Shown one piece after another: positions 15,676 through 27,779 of a stretch of 64,000 nt of DNA. How positions within the stretch are numbered: position 1 is the first letter of the stretch; each line of letters begins with the position of its first letter. The DNA comes from the human T2T-CHM13v2.0 reference genome, Homo sapiens: assembly GCF_009914755.1 (NCBI RefSeq), contig NC_060930.1. One strand, written 5' to 3'. The notes under the pieces were generated by a model. It was not told where the DNA came from. It did no database searches and saw only the letters and a program-made list of their open reading frames with translations. Both the position numbers and the translations under genes were made by a program.

Positions 15676-16280
15676 CTAGTCTTTGGAACTTGCCTACTCT
15701 GTTTGAGTGGAAGTGTGGTCTGATGACCCACGGTGTACCTTTATCGGCACTTTGGTTTGGTTTTGGTTTTGGTTTTGACTCGGTTTGAATTGCTTGACAG
15801 GACTGGTCTTGGGAACTTGCCCACTCCATTTGAGTGGAAGTGTGGCCTGATCACCCACAGCATGCCTTTATTGGCACTTTGGTTTTGGTTTTGGTTTTGA
15901 CTTGGTTTGAATTGCTTGACAGGACCGGTGTTGGGAACTTGCCTACTCCATTTGAGTGGAAGCGTGGCCTGATCACCCACGGCGTGCCTTTATCAGCACT
16001 TTGGTTTTGGTTTTGGTTTTGACTTGGTTTGAATTGCTTGACAGGACCGGTCTTGGGAACTTGCCTACTCCATTTGAGTGGAAGCGTGGCCTGATCACCC
16101 ACGGCGTGCCTTTATCGGCACTTTGGTTTTGGTTTTGACTTGGTTTGAATTGCTTGACAGGACCGGTCTTGGGAACTTGCCTACTCCATTTGAGTGGAAG
16201 CATGGCCTGATCACCCACGGTGTGCCTGTACCAGCACTTTGGTTTTTGTTTTTGACTTGACTTGGATTGCTTGATACTTT
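15674..16280 (+). repeat. Tandem repeat, ~122 bp unit x5, in ERV leader
   Basis: GGAACTTGCC anchors at 15685, 15812, 15934, 16056, 16172 (periods 127, 122, 122, 116); internal (GGTTTT)n varies. Confidence 0.95.
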
Positions 16281-16421
16281 GGTTTTGATTTCTGGATACT
16301 CTGATTTTGGTTTTGATTTTGATTTGGTGTAAACTGCAAAAGTGTGTGTGTGCCCTTTTTACCCATTCTTTGTTTTGTGGTGTGTGTGTGGTGTGAGCGT
16401 GGTGTTTTGTCTCGAAGAAGC

Positions 16422-16710
16422 ATGGGTCAGGCACAAATAAGCTCACCCTACTAGGAACTATGTTGAAAAATTTCAAAAAGGATTTAAAGGAGACTATGTA
16501 GTACTATGACACCAGGAAAACTTAAAACTTTGTGTAAAATAGACCAGCCAGCATTAGAGGTGGGTTGGCCATCAGAAGGAAGCCTGGACAGGTCCCTTGT
16601 TTCAAAGGTATGGCACAAGGTAACCTGTAAATCCCGGGCATCCAGACCAGTTCCCATACATAGACACTTGGTTACAGCTGGTTTTAGATCTCTCCACAGT
16701 GGTTCAAAGA
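16422..16710 (+). pseudogene. gag: gag matrix remnant (gamma-retroviral), frameshifted and truncated
   Basis: ATGGGTCAG (MGQ myristoylation start); KLKTLC..D.PALEVGWPSEGSLD; HPDQFPYIDTW in a shifted frame. Confidence 0.85.
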
Positions 16711-18149
16711 ACTGCATTATAAGCCAGGCAGAGAGAGACAGAGAGAGAGACAGAGAGGAGAAAGAGAGAGGCAGAGAAAGAGAGGAAGAGACAGAGCCAA
16801 AAGGAAAGTCAAAGAGAGAAAGACAAAGTCAAAGAGAGATATATACAAGTAGTTAAGAAAAAAAAAATGGTGTACCCTATTCCTTTAAAAGCCAAGGTAA
16901 ATTTAAAACCTGTAATTGATAATTGAAGGTATTCTTCGTAAGCCTATAACACTCCAATACCACTTTGTTGTCAGTGTAAACAAGGGCATATCTCGAAAGC
17001 ACTGAGGCCTTCCTATCAAAAATCCTTGACCCAGTAACCTGTGGATGGCCCAAATGCATTCAATTTGTAGTGGCAACTGCTTTGCTAACAGAAAAAAAGT
17101 AAGAAAAAAAAAAACTTTTAGAGGAAACCTCATTGTGAGCACACCTCACTAGTTCAGTTCAGAGCTATCCTAAATCAAAAAGGCAAAAAAGTAGCTTACT
17201 AACTCAAAAATCTTAAAATATGGGGCTATTCTGTTAGAAAAAAAAAAAAGGAAATTCCCTTAACCCAGCAGGTTTCCTAACAAGGGATTTAAATCTTAAT
17301 TACCATACAAAGGTCCAACCAGACCTAAGAGGAACTCCCTTCAGGACAGGATGATGGATGGTTCCTCCCAGGTAATTGAAAAAAAAAAAGGTTATAAAAG
17401 GAAATTCATGCAAGAAATGTTGTATAATTTAAAAGTAATTAGGCCTCCTAAATGTAAAACTATTAAAGAAACAGTTTATGTGCAAGGTATATAAAGAAAT
17501 TAAAATATACTTCTAGTAGTAAGAATTATAAGGAGCCATAAGAATGTAAAGCTTTACCTACATTAAAAGGTTATAAATATGTATATTTTGTTTTAAAGGT
17601 TTAATCAAGTTTCAAAATGTTAATTGAAAAAAAATTCTGTGTGTAGACATTGGCCAAAGTTAAAGAGGTATCATCCAGTTTTTCTGTAAACTGGACATAA
17701 AAATAAAAGCATAACAGGTTTTCCTTAAAACACAAACCTGCTCTTTAGCAAAAATTATAAAAGGTTAAAAAGAATCTATAAAATCTTACCTTATAGTCAA
17801 ATATTAAAAATTGGATAAATGTCTACAAGGTTTTATTAAAATTAGGTTTAACATTAATAACACACTAATATAAATGTAAAATTTAACTTATCTGGTATAA
17901 AAATCATACAGGAAGCATTGTTAAATGTAAAATGGTATTTGGCTTTCTTTGGTTTAAAACCTAATAAAAATAGGTGCTAAAGGAAATTTCTCAGTAAAAA
18001 AGCACTAAGGACTATAAAGTCCACTGCCAAGGTCCCCACATTTAAAACAAAAGATCAATTTCTTAAAAATTATATACTTGGTTTATCTTCCACTTTCCTT
18101 TCCCTCAAAAACTAAAAGTCTTTTAGCACTTGTACCACCCTTAGAATTT

Positions 18150-18385
18150 CCGGTAAACCAGAGCCAGCCTGAAGATCACGTTCTCGTCAAAAGGTGGAAA
18201 GAAGAAAAACTCGAGCCAGCCTCAGAAGGACCCTACCTTGTGCTGCTAACCACCAAGAATGCTGTTCATACAGCAAAAAAGGATAGACTCATCATGCCCG
18301 ACTCAAGAAAGCGCCACCCCCTCCAGAGTCGTGGGCCATAGTCCCAGGGGAAAACCCTACCAAACTAAAGCTAAGAAAAATTTAA
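18150..18385 (+). pseudogene. pol: pol integrase C-terminal remnant
   Basis: QPEDHVLVKRWKEEKLEPASEGPYLVLLTT = GPY/F module of gamma-like integrases. Confidence 0.8.
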
Positions 18386-19555
18386 CTCGTTTCATCTACG
18401 CTATTACTCTTTCTTCTTTCCTCGTTCTATTGCTGACCATCTAGTTATTAACATAACCAAGTCAATTTCGCCTCAAACTATTGCATCTAATGCTTGCCTT
18501 GTGGAGACTTGCCAAGTCAAAGACAGCTTTCTACTTCAGAAAAGTACTTCTGTTCCTCCTGACTCTCCTTAGACTGGGCATTAGTAAACTAGGACCATTT
18601 AATCGGGGGAGATTTCGATAAAGACCCCAGTGCCGACCAGGAGTCTTGCCCCCCGATGTAGAGTTTTCATGCCATAGTTGGTCCAACATTCTGTGGACCA
18701 CTAAAGAGCAAGGATGGACTGCCCCAACCAGTTTTTGTAATTTCCTAAAATCATACATTCATTTTACTAGAGGATCATGGAAGTTAAAGACTTACAACAA
18801 ACTTTAGCAATTAAGACAGGATACCAAGATGCAAATGCCTGGTTAAAATGGATCAAATATTCCATCTGCATGTTAAACAAAAGCAATTGTTATGCTTGTG
18901 CACATGGCAGGCCAGAGGCCCAGATTGTCCCCCTCCCACTAAGGTGGTCCTCCAGTCGACCATGCATAGGCTGCATGGTAGCTCTTTTCCCGTATTCTAC
19001 AGCCTGGAGTAATAAGTCATGCCAAGCTCTCTGTGTTCTATCCCGAAGTCTGGCACCCTGCGGTTCAGCTGCCAAAGGCCATCCAGCTTCCATCTCCCAA
19101 CACTAAGTTCACTTCATGTCTCTCATGACAGGGAGGAAATAGCATTCCTTGGAGACCTGAAGGGATGTGATGAGTTTAAGAATTTTCAAGAGCTTATCAA
19201 TCAGTCAGCCCTTGTTCATCCCCGAGTGGATGTGTGGTGGTATTGTGGTGGACCTTTACTGGGCACTCTGCCAAATAACTAGAGTGGCACTTGTGCTTTA
19301 GTCCATGTGGCTGTCCCTTTTACCCTGGCATTTCATCAACCAGAGGTAGAAAAAATAAGACATCATAAAGCGGGAGAAGCCCCTTATGGGTCTTTCAACT
19401 CTCACATCTATTTAGATGCAATTGGAGCCCTGCAAGGAATACCAGATCAATTTAAAGCTTGAAATCAAATAGCTACAGGATTTAAGTCAATATTTTAGTG
19501 GGTGACAGTTAATAAAAATGTAGATTAGATAAACTACATCTATTACAACCAACAG
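18386..19555 (+). pseudogene. env: First env remnant (HERV-I/IP-like), truncated early in TM
   Basis: Hydrophobic signal-like start, NAWLKWIKYS, CYAC (CXXC), VWWYCGG, YLDAIG; several stops and frameshifts. Confidence 0.7.
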
Positions 19556-20120
19556 CAACAAGCTTTTCATGAGTTAAAAGAAAAACTCATGTCGGCCTCA
19601 GTCCTGGGGCTACCTGACCTGACAAAACCCTTTATACCCTATGTGTCAGAAAAAAAAAAAATGGCAGTTGGAGTTTTAACCCAGACTGTAGGGCGCTGGC
19701 AAAGGCCAGTGGCCTATCTCTCAAAACAACTAGATGGGGTTTCCAAAGGCTGGCCCCCATGTCTAAGGGCCCTGGCAGCAATGGCCTTGTTAGCACAAGA
19801 AGCAGATAAGCTAACTCTTAGGCAAAACCTAAACATAAAGTACCCCCATGCTGTGGTGACTTTAATAAATACCAAAGGACATCATTAGCTAATGAATGCT
19901 AGACTAACTAGATATCAAAGCTTGATCTATGAAAATCCCCGCATAACCATTGAAGTTTACAACACCCTAAACCCCGCCACCTTGCTCCTGGTATCAGAGA
20001 GCCCAGTTGAACATAACTGTGTAGAGGTATTGGACTCAGTTTATTCTAGTGGGCCCAACCTCCAAACCATCCTTAAACAGCAGTAGACTGAGAGCTGTAC
20101 GTGGATGGGAGCAGCTTCAC
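19556..20120 (+). pseudogene. pol: pol RT-connection / RNase H start remnant, out of normal order
   Basis: AFHELKEKLMSASVLGLPDLTKPF...RPVAYLSKQLD.V.KGWPPCLRALAA...LNPATLL...HNCVEVLD...LYVDGSSF. Confidence 0.88.
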
Positions 20121-20206
20121 CAACCCCTGCAAAGTGGCTCTGAAGAAGATAACAAGCCCTGCTTCAGTCACACCTGGAAGCTGACTGGTCCATGCACGGC
20201 CGAAGC

Positions 20207-22268
20207 ATGAGGAAACTCATCACGGGACTCATTTTCCTTAAAAACTGGACTTGTACAGTAAGGACTTCAACTGACCTTCCTCAGACTGAGGGCTGTTCCT
20301 AGTGTATACATCATGTCACTGAGGTAGGACAAAAAGTTGCTACGGTCCTATTATTTTACAGTTATTATAAGTGTACTGGAACCCTAAAAAGAACTTGTTT
20401 GTATAATGTTACTCTATACAAGGTATGTAGCCCAGGAAATGACCAACCTAATGTGTGTTATGACCCATCTGAGCCTCCCATGACCACAGTTTTTAAAATA
20501 AGATTAAGAACTGAAGACTGGTGGGGGCTCATAAACGATATGAGTAAAGTGTTAGCCAAAACAGAAAAAAAAGAGGTGCCCAAATGAATCACCTTGAAAT
20601 TTGATGCCTGTGCTGTCATTAATAGTAATAAGTTAGAAATAGGATGTGGTTCTCTTAATTAAGAAAGAGGCTATATGGCAGAAAATAAGTACGTTTATCA
20701 TAAATTAAGACTGTGTAAAAATAAATGTGGATACTGGTCTCATGTCATTTAGGCTACTTGGATTAAAAAAATGAAAAAATCCTGTCCACCTTCAGCAAGG
20801 GAAAAGTGGCCCTTCCTGTACCAGTGGTCAGTGTAACCCCTTAGAACTAGTAATAACCAACCCCCTTAATCCTCGCTAGAAAAAAGGGGAACGTGTAACC
20901 CTAGAAATTGATGGAGCTGAAATGGATCTTCAAGTAAATATCGTGGTTTGAGGAAAAGTTTATAAACGCTCTCCTGAGCCATTATTTCAAACCTTCTATG
21001 ATGAACTGAATGTGCCAGTACCAGAAATTCCAGGAAAAACAAGAAATTTGTTTTTGCAATTAGCTGAGCATGTAGCCCAGTCTCTCAATGTCACTTCATG
21101 TTATGTATGTGGAGGAACTGTAATAGGAGATCAATGGCCATAGGAAGCCCAAGAATTTGTACCTATAAACCCAGTTCCTGATGAATTCCCGGCTCAAAAA
21201 AAATCACCCTGATAGCTTGTAGGTCCTAAAAGCCTCAATCATTAGACAATACTGTATAGCAAGAGTAGGGAAGGACTTCACCCTTCCTGTAGGAAGACTC
21301 AGCTGCCTTAGGCAAAAACTGTACAATAGTATTACAAAAACAGCCACCTAGTGGAGTTCAAACCATACTAAAAAAAATCCATTTAGTAAATTCCCAAAGT
21401 TGCAAACCATGTAGATCCTCCCAGAGTCCCACCGGGACTGGACAGCCCCCACTGGATTATACGGGATATGTAGGCATAGACCTTATGCCAAATTACCTGA
21501 CCAGTAGGCAGGTAGTTGTGTTATTGGAATTATTAAACCATCTTTCTTCCTACTGCCCGTAAAAACAGGCGAACTCCTAGGCTTCCCTGCCTATGCTTCT
21601 TGCGAAAAGCGAAGCATAGCCATAGGTGATTGGAAAGATGATGAATGGCCTCCTGAGAGAATTATACGATATTATAGGCCTGCCACTTGGGCACAAGATG
21701 GCTCATGAGGATACCGGACCCCCATTTACATGCTCAACCAAATCATATTGTTGCAAGCTGTTTTAGAAATCATCACTAATAAAACCGGTCAAGCCTTGAC
21801 TATTCTAGCCCGGTGAGAAACTCAGACGAGGAATGCTATCTATCAAAATAGACTAGCTCTCGACTACTTGCTACTGGCTGAAGGAGGGGTTTGTGGAAAA
21901 TTTAACCTTACTAATTGCTGTCTACACATAGATGATCGGGGCAAGTAGTTAAAGACATAGTTAAAGATATAACAAAACTGGCACATGTGCCCGTGCAAGT
22001 GTGGCATGGATTTGATCCTGGGGCCATGTTTGGAAATTGGTTCCCAGCACTAGGAGGATTTAAAACCCTTATAATAGGAGTTATAGTAGTAATAGGAACC
22101 TGCTTACTGCTCCCTTGTTTGCTACCCGTACTTCTTCAAATGATAAAAAGCTTCATCACTACCTTAGTTCACCAAAATGCTTCAGCACAAGTGTACCATA
22201 TGAATCATTATCAATCTATTGCACAGGAAGACGTAAGTAGTGAAAATAAGAGTGAGAACTGCCACTAA
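20207..22268 (+). pseudogene. env: Second env (HERV-E-like), near full length, many stops
   Basis: ATG 20207; CYVCGG; (C)EKR|[18 protein letters not shown]; [21 protein letters not shown] plus CX6CC at ~21840-21921; TM segment IIGVIVVIGTCLLLPCLLP. Confidence 0.9.
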
Positions 22269-22285
22269 TAAAAAGTGAGAGTCTC

Positions 22286-22297
22286 AAAGTGGGGAAA
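22286..22297 (+). promoter_or_regulatory. Polypurine tract
   Basis: AAAGTGGGGAAA immediately before the 3' LTR. Confidence 0.8.
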
Positions 22298-22764
22298 TGA
22301 GAGAACAGAGACAGACCCTCTCATACTGTTTTATATTGTTTTATACTCAGAAAAGGAAAGAGAAGCAAAACTGAAGGCAGGTAGCCCGGCACCTAGGAAC
22401 CAGACCCAAAACCAAGGAACCAGACCTAAAACCAGGCCTGGGCCTGCCTGACCTAAGCCTGGTAGTTAAAATTTGACCCCTGACCTAGCAAGTGATGTTA
22501 TCTACAGATTCCAGACATTGTATAGAAAGACATTGTGAAACTTCCTGGTCTGTTCTGTTTCACTCTGACCACCAGTGCATGCAGCCCCTGTCACTTATGC
22601 CCTGCTTGCTCAATTGATCACGACCCTCTCACATGGAGCCCCATAGAGTTGTGAACGAGCTCGGCTCTTGAGACAGGAGTCTTGCTGATGCTCCCGGCCA
22701 AATAAACCCCTTCCTTCTTTAACTCCATGTCTGAGGAGTTTTGTCTGTGGCTCATCCTGCTACA
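22298..22764 (+). repeat. 3' LTR (LTR2 family), 467 bp
   Basis: Homologous to the 5' LTR; AATAAA 22701-22706; +10 bp and net -31 bp indels relative to the 5' LTR. Confidence 0.95.
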
Positions 22765-23646
22765 AAAGCATGGTGGTCCCATTAAATTACAATGAAGCAG
22801 AAAAATTCCTATCATGTAGTGACATTGTAACCATCATAATTTCATAGCACAATGCATAACTCACGTTTGTGGTGATGCTGGTGTAAACAAACCTATTATG
22901 CTTTCAGTCCTGTAAAGACATTGATGATCCCAGCCCTGTGGAAGCCTAGGCTGCTGTGTGTGTTTGTGTCTTAGTTTTTAACAAAAAGTAAAATATAAAA
23001 ATAAAAAAATTTTAAAAATCGAAAAAAGTTTACAGACTAAGGATACAAGAAAGAAAATATTTTTATACAGCTATACAATGTGTTTATATTTTAATCTAAG
23101 TGTTACTACAAAGGAGTACAAAAATTTTGAAACATGAGAGAACTTATAAGGTAAAAAAGTTATAGTAAGCTAAGGTTAATATATTGTTGAAGAAAGAAAT
23201 GCTTTTAAAAATAATTTTAGTGTAGCCTAAGTGTACAGGTTTATAAAATTTACAGTAGTGTACAATAATGCCCTAGGCCTTCATATTCACTCACCACTCA
23301 CTCACCCACTCATACAGAGCAACTTCTAGCCTTGCAAGCACCAGTTAGGGTAAGTGTCCTATATAGATGCACCACTTTTTGATGTTTATACCATATTTTT
23401 ACCATACTTTTTCTGTTTAGATACATACTTACCATTGTGTTACAATTGCTGATAATATTCAGTATAGTAACGTGTTGTAAAGGTTTGTAGCCTAACAGCA
23501 ATAGGCTATCCCATATAGCCTAGGTGTGTAGTAGGCTATACCATCTAGGCTTGTGTAAGTGCACTCTATGATGTTCACACAATGACAAAACCACCTAAAA
23601 ACACATTTCTCAGAATGTATCTCTGCCATTAAATGATGCATGGCTG

Positions 23647-24845
23647 TACTATTCCTTTGTCAGATATGTGATTTTCCCAATATTTCTACTACACTGTAAC
23701 TTGCCTTTTTATCCTCTTAATAAGATATTTTGCTCAGCAAAAGTTTTAAATTTACATGAGGTTCCATTTATCATTTTTTTCCCTTTTATGGATTATGCTT
23801 TTGATGTCAGGTCTGAGGATTATTTGCCTAGCCCTAGTTCCCGAAGTTTTACTCCTTTTCTTATTCTTAAATTCTTATACTCTTAACTTTAAGTCCGTGA
23901 TCCATTTTTGAATTAATTTTGGTATAAGTTGTGAAGTTTAGGTTGAGGTTCTTTTATTTTTTTGCCTATATACGTTCAATTGCTCCAGCACCATTTGTCG
24001 CAAAGGCTTTCCTTTCTCCATTGAATAACGCTTTGCTCTTTGTCAAAAATCATTGGGTATATTCATGGGCATATTTCTAGGTTCTCTATTCTTTTTGAAA
24101 TGTTTGGTAGAATAATCAAGTGAAACCATTTGGGGCTGGATATTCTTTTTTAGAGGGTTTTAAAAATATGACTTCAATTTCTTTCATGGTTATGGGACTA
24201 CTCAGATTATCTATTTCATCTTGGTTTTATTTCAGGAGTTTGTGATTTTTGAGAATTTAGTCAATTTCTCCTAAGTTGTTGAATTTACGAACATAAAGTT
24301 GTTTGTAGTATTTTCTTACTATCCCTTTAATGGCTAAAGGATTGGTAGTAATATCCCTGGTTTCCATTCTGATATTGGTAATATGTGTCTTCTCTCTTTT
24401 TCTTTTTGTCAGTCTTCCTAGAGGTTTATCAATTTTATTGATTTTTTTTCAAAGAAACAGCACTTTTTTTCATTGACTGTCTCTATTGTGTCCTTTTCAT
24501 TTTAAATGTTTCTGTTCTTAACACTATTATATCCTTCCTTCTGCTTGCTTTGGGTTTATTTTACTCCTCTTTTTCTACTTTATTCAGGTAGCAACACTTA
24601 CTGTTCATCTGAGGTCTTTCCTCAGTCTAAGAACTTAGTGGTACAGGCTTCCTTACCAGGGTTGCTTTAGCAGTATGTCACATATTTTCTAATTTCTATT
24701 GTCATTCCTTTTTTGATCCATGGACTATTTGGAAGTGTGTTGCTTAATTATCAAACATCTGAACATTTTCTAGTTCTCTTTCTGTTATTGGTTTTCATTT
24801 TAATTTCATTGTGGTCAGAATGCAAACTCTGCATGATTTCAACCC
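23647..24845 (-). mobile_element. Old L1M ORF2 fragments (continuation of 14485-14866)
   Basis: CAATTGCTCCAGCACCATTTG, AATGTTTGGTAGAAT, TAGAGGTTTATCAATTTTATTGA. Confidence 0.8.
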
Positions 24846-24887
24846 TCCACAATCATAATTATAGAATTTTTAAGGCTGTGGAAATTC

Positions 24888-25186
24888 TTTTTTGAGACAG
24901 AGTGTGACAGTGTGTCACTCTGTTGCCCAGGCTGGAGTGCAGTGACATGATCTCAGCTCACTGAAATTTCTGCCTCCCAGGTTCATGTGATTTTTGTGCC
25001 TCAGCCTCCAGAGTAGCTGGGACTACAGGTGTGTGCCACCAGGCCCTGGCTAACTTTTGTATTTTTAGTAGAGATGGGGTTTCACCATGTTGGCCAGGCT
25101 GGTCTCAAACTCCTGGCCTCAAGAGATTTGCCCACCTCAGCCTCCCAAAGTGCTGGGATTACGGGCTTGAGCCCCTGCGTCAGGCC
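24888..25186 (-). mobile_element. Alu (S/J type)
   Basis: Full antisense dimer. Confidence 0.95.
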
Positions 25187-25707
25187 AGGATGTCTTAGTA
25201 GTCCACATGAAACTATGACTCAAACATGTAGGTTAGCTCCATATCTTGTGATGTTTTCTAGGACGTCATTGGCCTGAAGCAATCTTCTCTTTCTGTTTCA
25301 GCTTCAGCACCCCTTCCTGGGACTTTAGGTAAAAGGGTTAAACAAGCAATAATTTGCCTAAGTAGTTAAACCTAAACCAAAATTTCTCACTTACAAATAT
25401 AAACCATGCATAGTCTAAACATCACTTTTTCAGAAAGTAATCTCCCCAGAATATTTTCATGTGGCCTGCATATGGTCTTACAGATACATGAACACATAGA
25501 TCTATTTTATTGATTTTGATAGCTCTAAAATATCCCATTGTATGAATAAATAATTTGTTTAGCCAGTCTTTTACTCATGGATTTTAAGATAATATTAGGG
25601 TATTTTTTGTTGTTATAAATAATACTGCAGGAAACACTTACATACATATTTCTTAAAGTAACTGTATGAATATATCTGTGGAAAATTCTTAAAAGTGAAA
25701 TTCCTAG

Positions 25708-26214
<507 letters not shown>

Positions 26215-26465
26215 TAGCATTTTTAAGATTGTGAATGAGCATCTTTTCTTACCTTTTTAAGATTTTCTTATGTTTATTTCCTTTGTCCATAATCTATCCA
26301 GTGTTTTTTAAATTGTTGATTTGTAAATACTCCTTATATATTTAGAAAATAATATTTTGTTGGTCATATGTGTTGCAAATATGGTTTCACAGTTTTTGTT
26401 ATTTGCGTTTGACTTTCTTGTTTTCTTTCTCCCTCAGCAGATTTTACATAGGCAAATATATCCAT

Positions 26466-26824
26466 TGTATTAGTCTGTTTTCACTCTGCTAATAAAGACA
26501 TATCGAGACTGGGTAATTAATAAAGGAAAGAGGTTTAATGGACTCACAGTTCCACATGGCTGAGGAGGCCTCATATTCGTGGCAGAAGATGAAGGAAGAG
26601 CTAACGAACATCTTACATGGTGGCAGGCAAGAGCGTGTGCAGGGGAACTCTCATTTATAAAACCATCAGATCTCATGAGACTTATTCACTATCATGAGAA
26701 CAGCATGGGAAAGACCCGTCCCCATGATTCAATTACCTCCCACTGGGTCCCTCCCATGACATGTGGGGATTATTACAATTCAAGGTAAGATTTGGGTGGG
26801 GACACAGCCAAACCATCATCATCA
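26466..26824 (-). mobile_element. THE1 (THE1C/D-like) solo LTR
   Basis: TGTATTAGTCTGTTTTCAC...GGGGACACAGCCAAACCAT; 5 bp TSD TCCAT. Confidence 0.93.
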
Positions 26825-27501
26825 TCCATCTTTTAATTTGCATTTTATTGAGTTTTATGTTTGGCCTTAAAAGGTCTTATCTTTTCCAAGATTATAAATA
26901 ATACTCTTATATTGTTACGTTTAAAGTTTTGATTCCCTTGTAAGTTATTTTTGTGAAAAGAGTAAAGGAAACATCCAGTTATATTTATTTTTCAAATGGC
27001 TGACCATTATCCCATCTCCATTTATTTAATAATCCCTTTTTCTCTGTTTTGAAATGCTATCTTTACTGACATGTATTCCTGTATAAGGATTTGTCAGTCT
27101 TTATTAAATGAATTGAATTCAAGCATGGCTAAAATCAATTACTTTTTCATGGTTGTCTTAGGACCTGGGATCAGATTGGGACAGTCAGTATCTAACTTAT
27201 TTATCTATTTATTATTTTAAATTATTTCACATCTAAGTCTTTACAGTGTTCTAAACAGCCACCTCCCCCAAAATAGGTCCAATACTTCTGATGTATATAA
27301 ACAATGAGGAAATAATTAGAGAGCCAGGAATACATTCCCTTAAAATACCAGGAGGATTAATTGGCTAGTGATGAGATAATAAATCTCCAACTGATAATTA
27401 AATATTATTGTTCTTTGTGGAAATATGAAGTAATTGCATGCAAGGTGGGATTAGTTTTTATTGCTTTAGTTGGTGTACAACATTGAATCTCAACTTCTCA
27501 A

Positions 27502-27636
27502 ATTTTTATTTTATTTTATTTGATATGAAGTCTTGCTATGTTGCCCAGGCTGGTCTCAAGTACTTGGGTTTAAGTGATCCTCCCAGCTCAGCTTCCCAAG
27601 TAGCTGGGATTCCTGGGACATGCCACCATAATTAGG
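27502..27636 (-). mobile_element. FLAM_A-like Alu monomer
   Basis: TCTTGCTATGTTGCCCAGGCTGGTCTC...TCCCAAGTAGCTGGGATT. Confidence 0.8.
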
Positions 27637-27779
27637 TAGATATGAACTTTTAACGATGGCCTACTCATTTATCATAGATTGGGAAGACCAGAATGACTGG
27701 AATCTGTAGGAAAACTTCAACAGACTAGTAGACACAGATTTTAGCATCCTCATCCTCAGATATCATAGACACTTGGAGT

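Larger units (their letters stand above)
14917..22764 (+). mobile_element. Two-LTR endogenous retrovirus, HERV-E-related Harlequin-type mosaic provirus (defective)
   Basis: Matching TG...CA LTRs, tRNA-Glu PBS, PPT, gag/pol/env remnants in non-canonical order; 4 bp flanks ATAG / AAAG (TSD with one mismatch). Confidence 0.93.
14867..23646 (-). mobile_element. Tigger3/Tigger3b (Golem-derived) non-autonomous DNA transposon split by the ERV (pieces 14867-14916 and 22765-23646)
   Basis: Termini TA|CAGTCAC...TGGCTG|TA; diagnostic CCATATAGCCTAGGTGTGTAGTAGGCTATACCATCTAGG and GGTGGTCCCATT. Confidence 0.88.

Noticed and set aside
15674-16280. Regularly spaced repeats resembling a CRISPR array
   Set aside because: The whole unit repeats with no unique spacers; the context is an ERV leader in primate DNA with no cas genes
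15288-16476. Cluster of overlapping minus-strand ORFs up to 167 aa
   Set aside because: They are translations of the tandem repeat and LTR antisense strand with low-complexity QNQN/KTKT content
21987-22268. 93 aa env TM ORF as a domesticated envelope protein
   Set aside because: GTG start, no signal peptide, frameshifted away from the ISD, upstream env full of stops, and furin site degenerate (CEKR)
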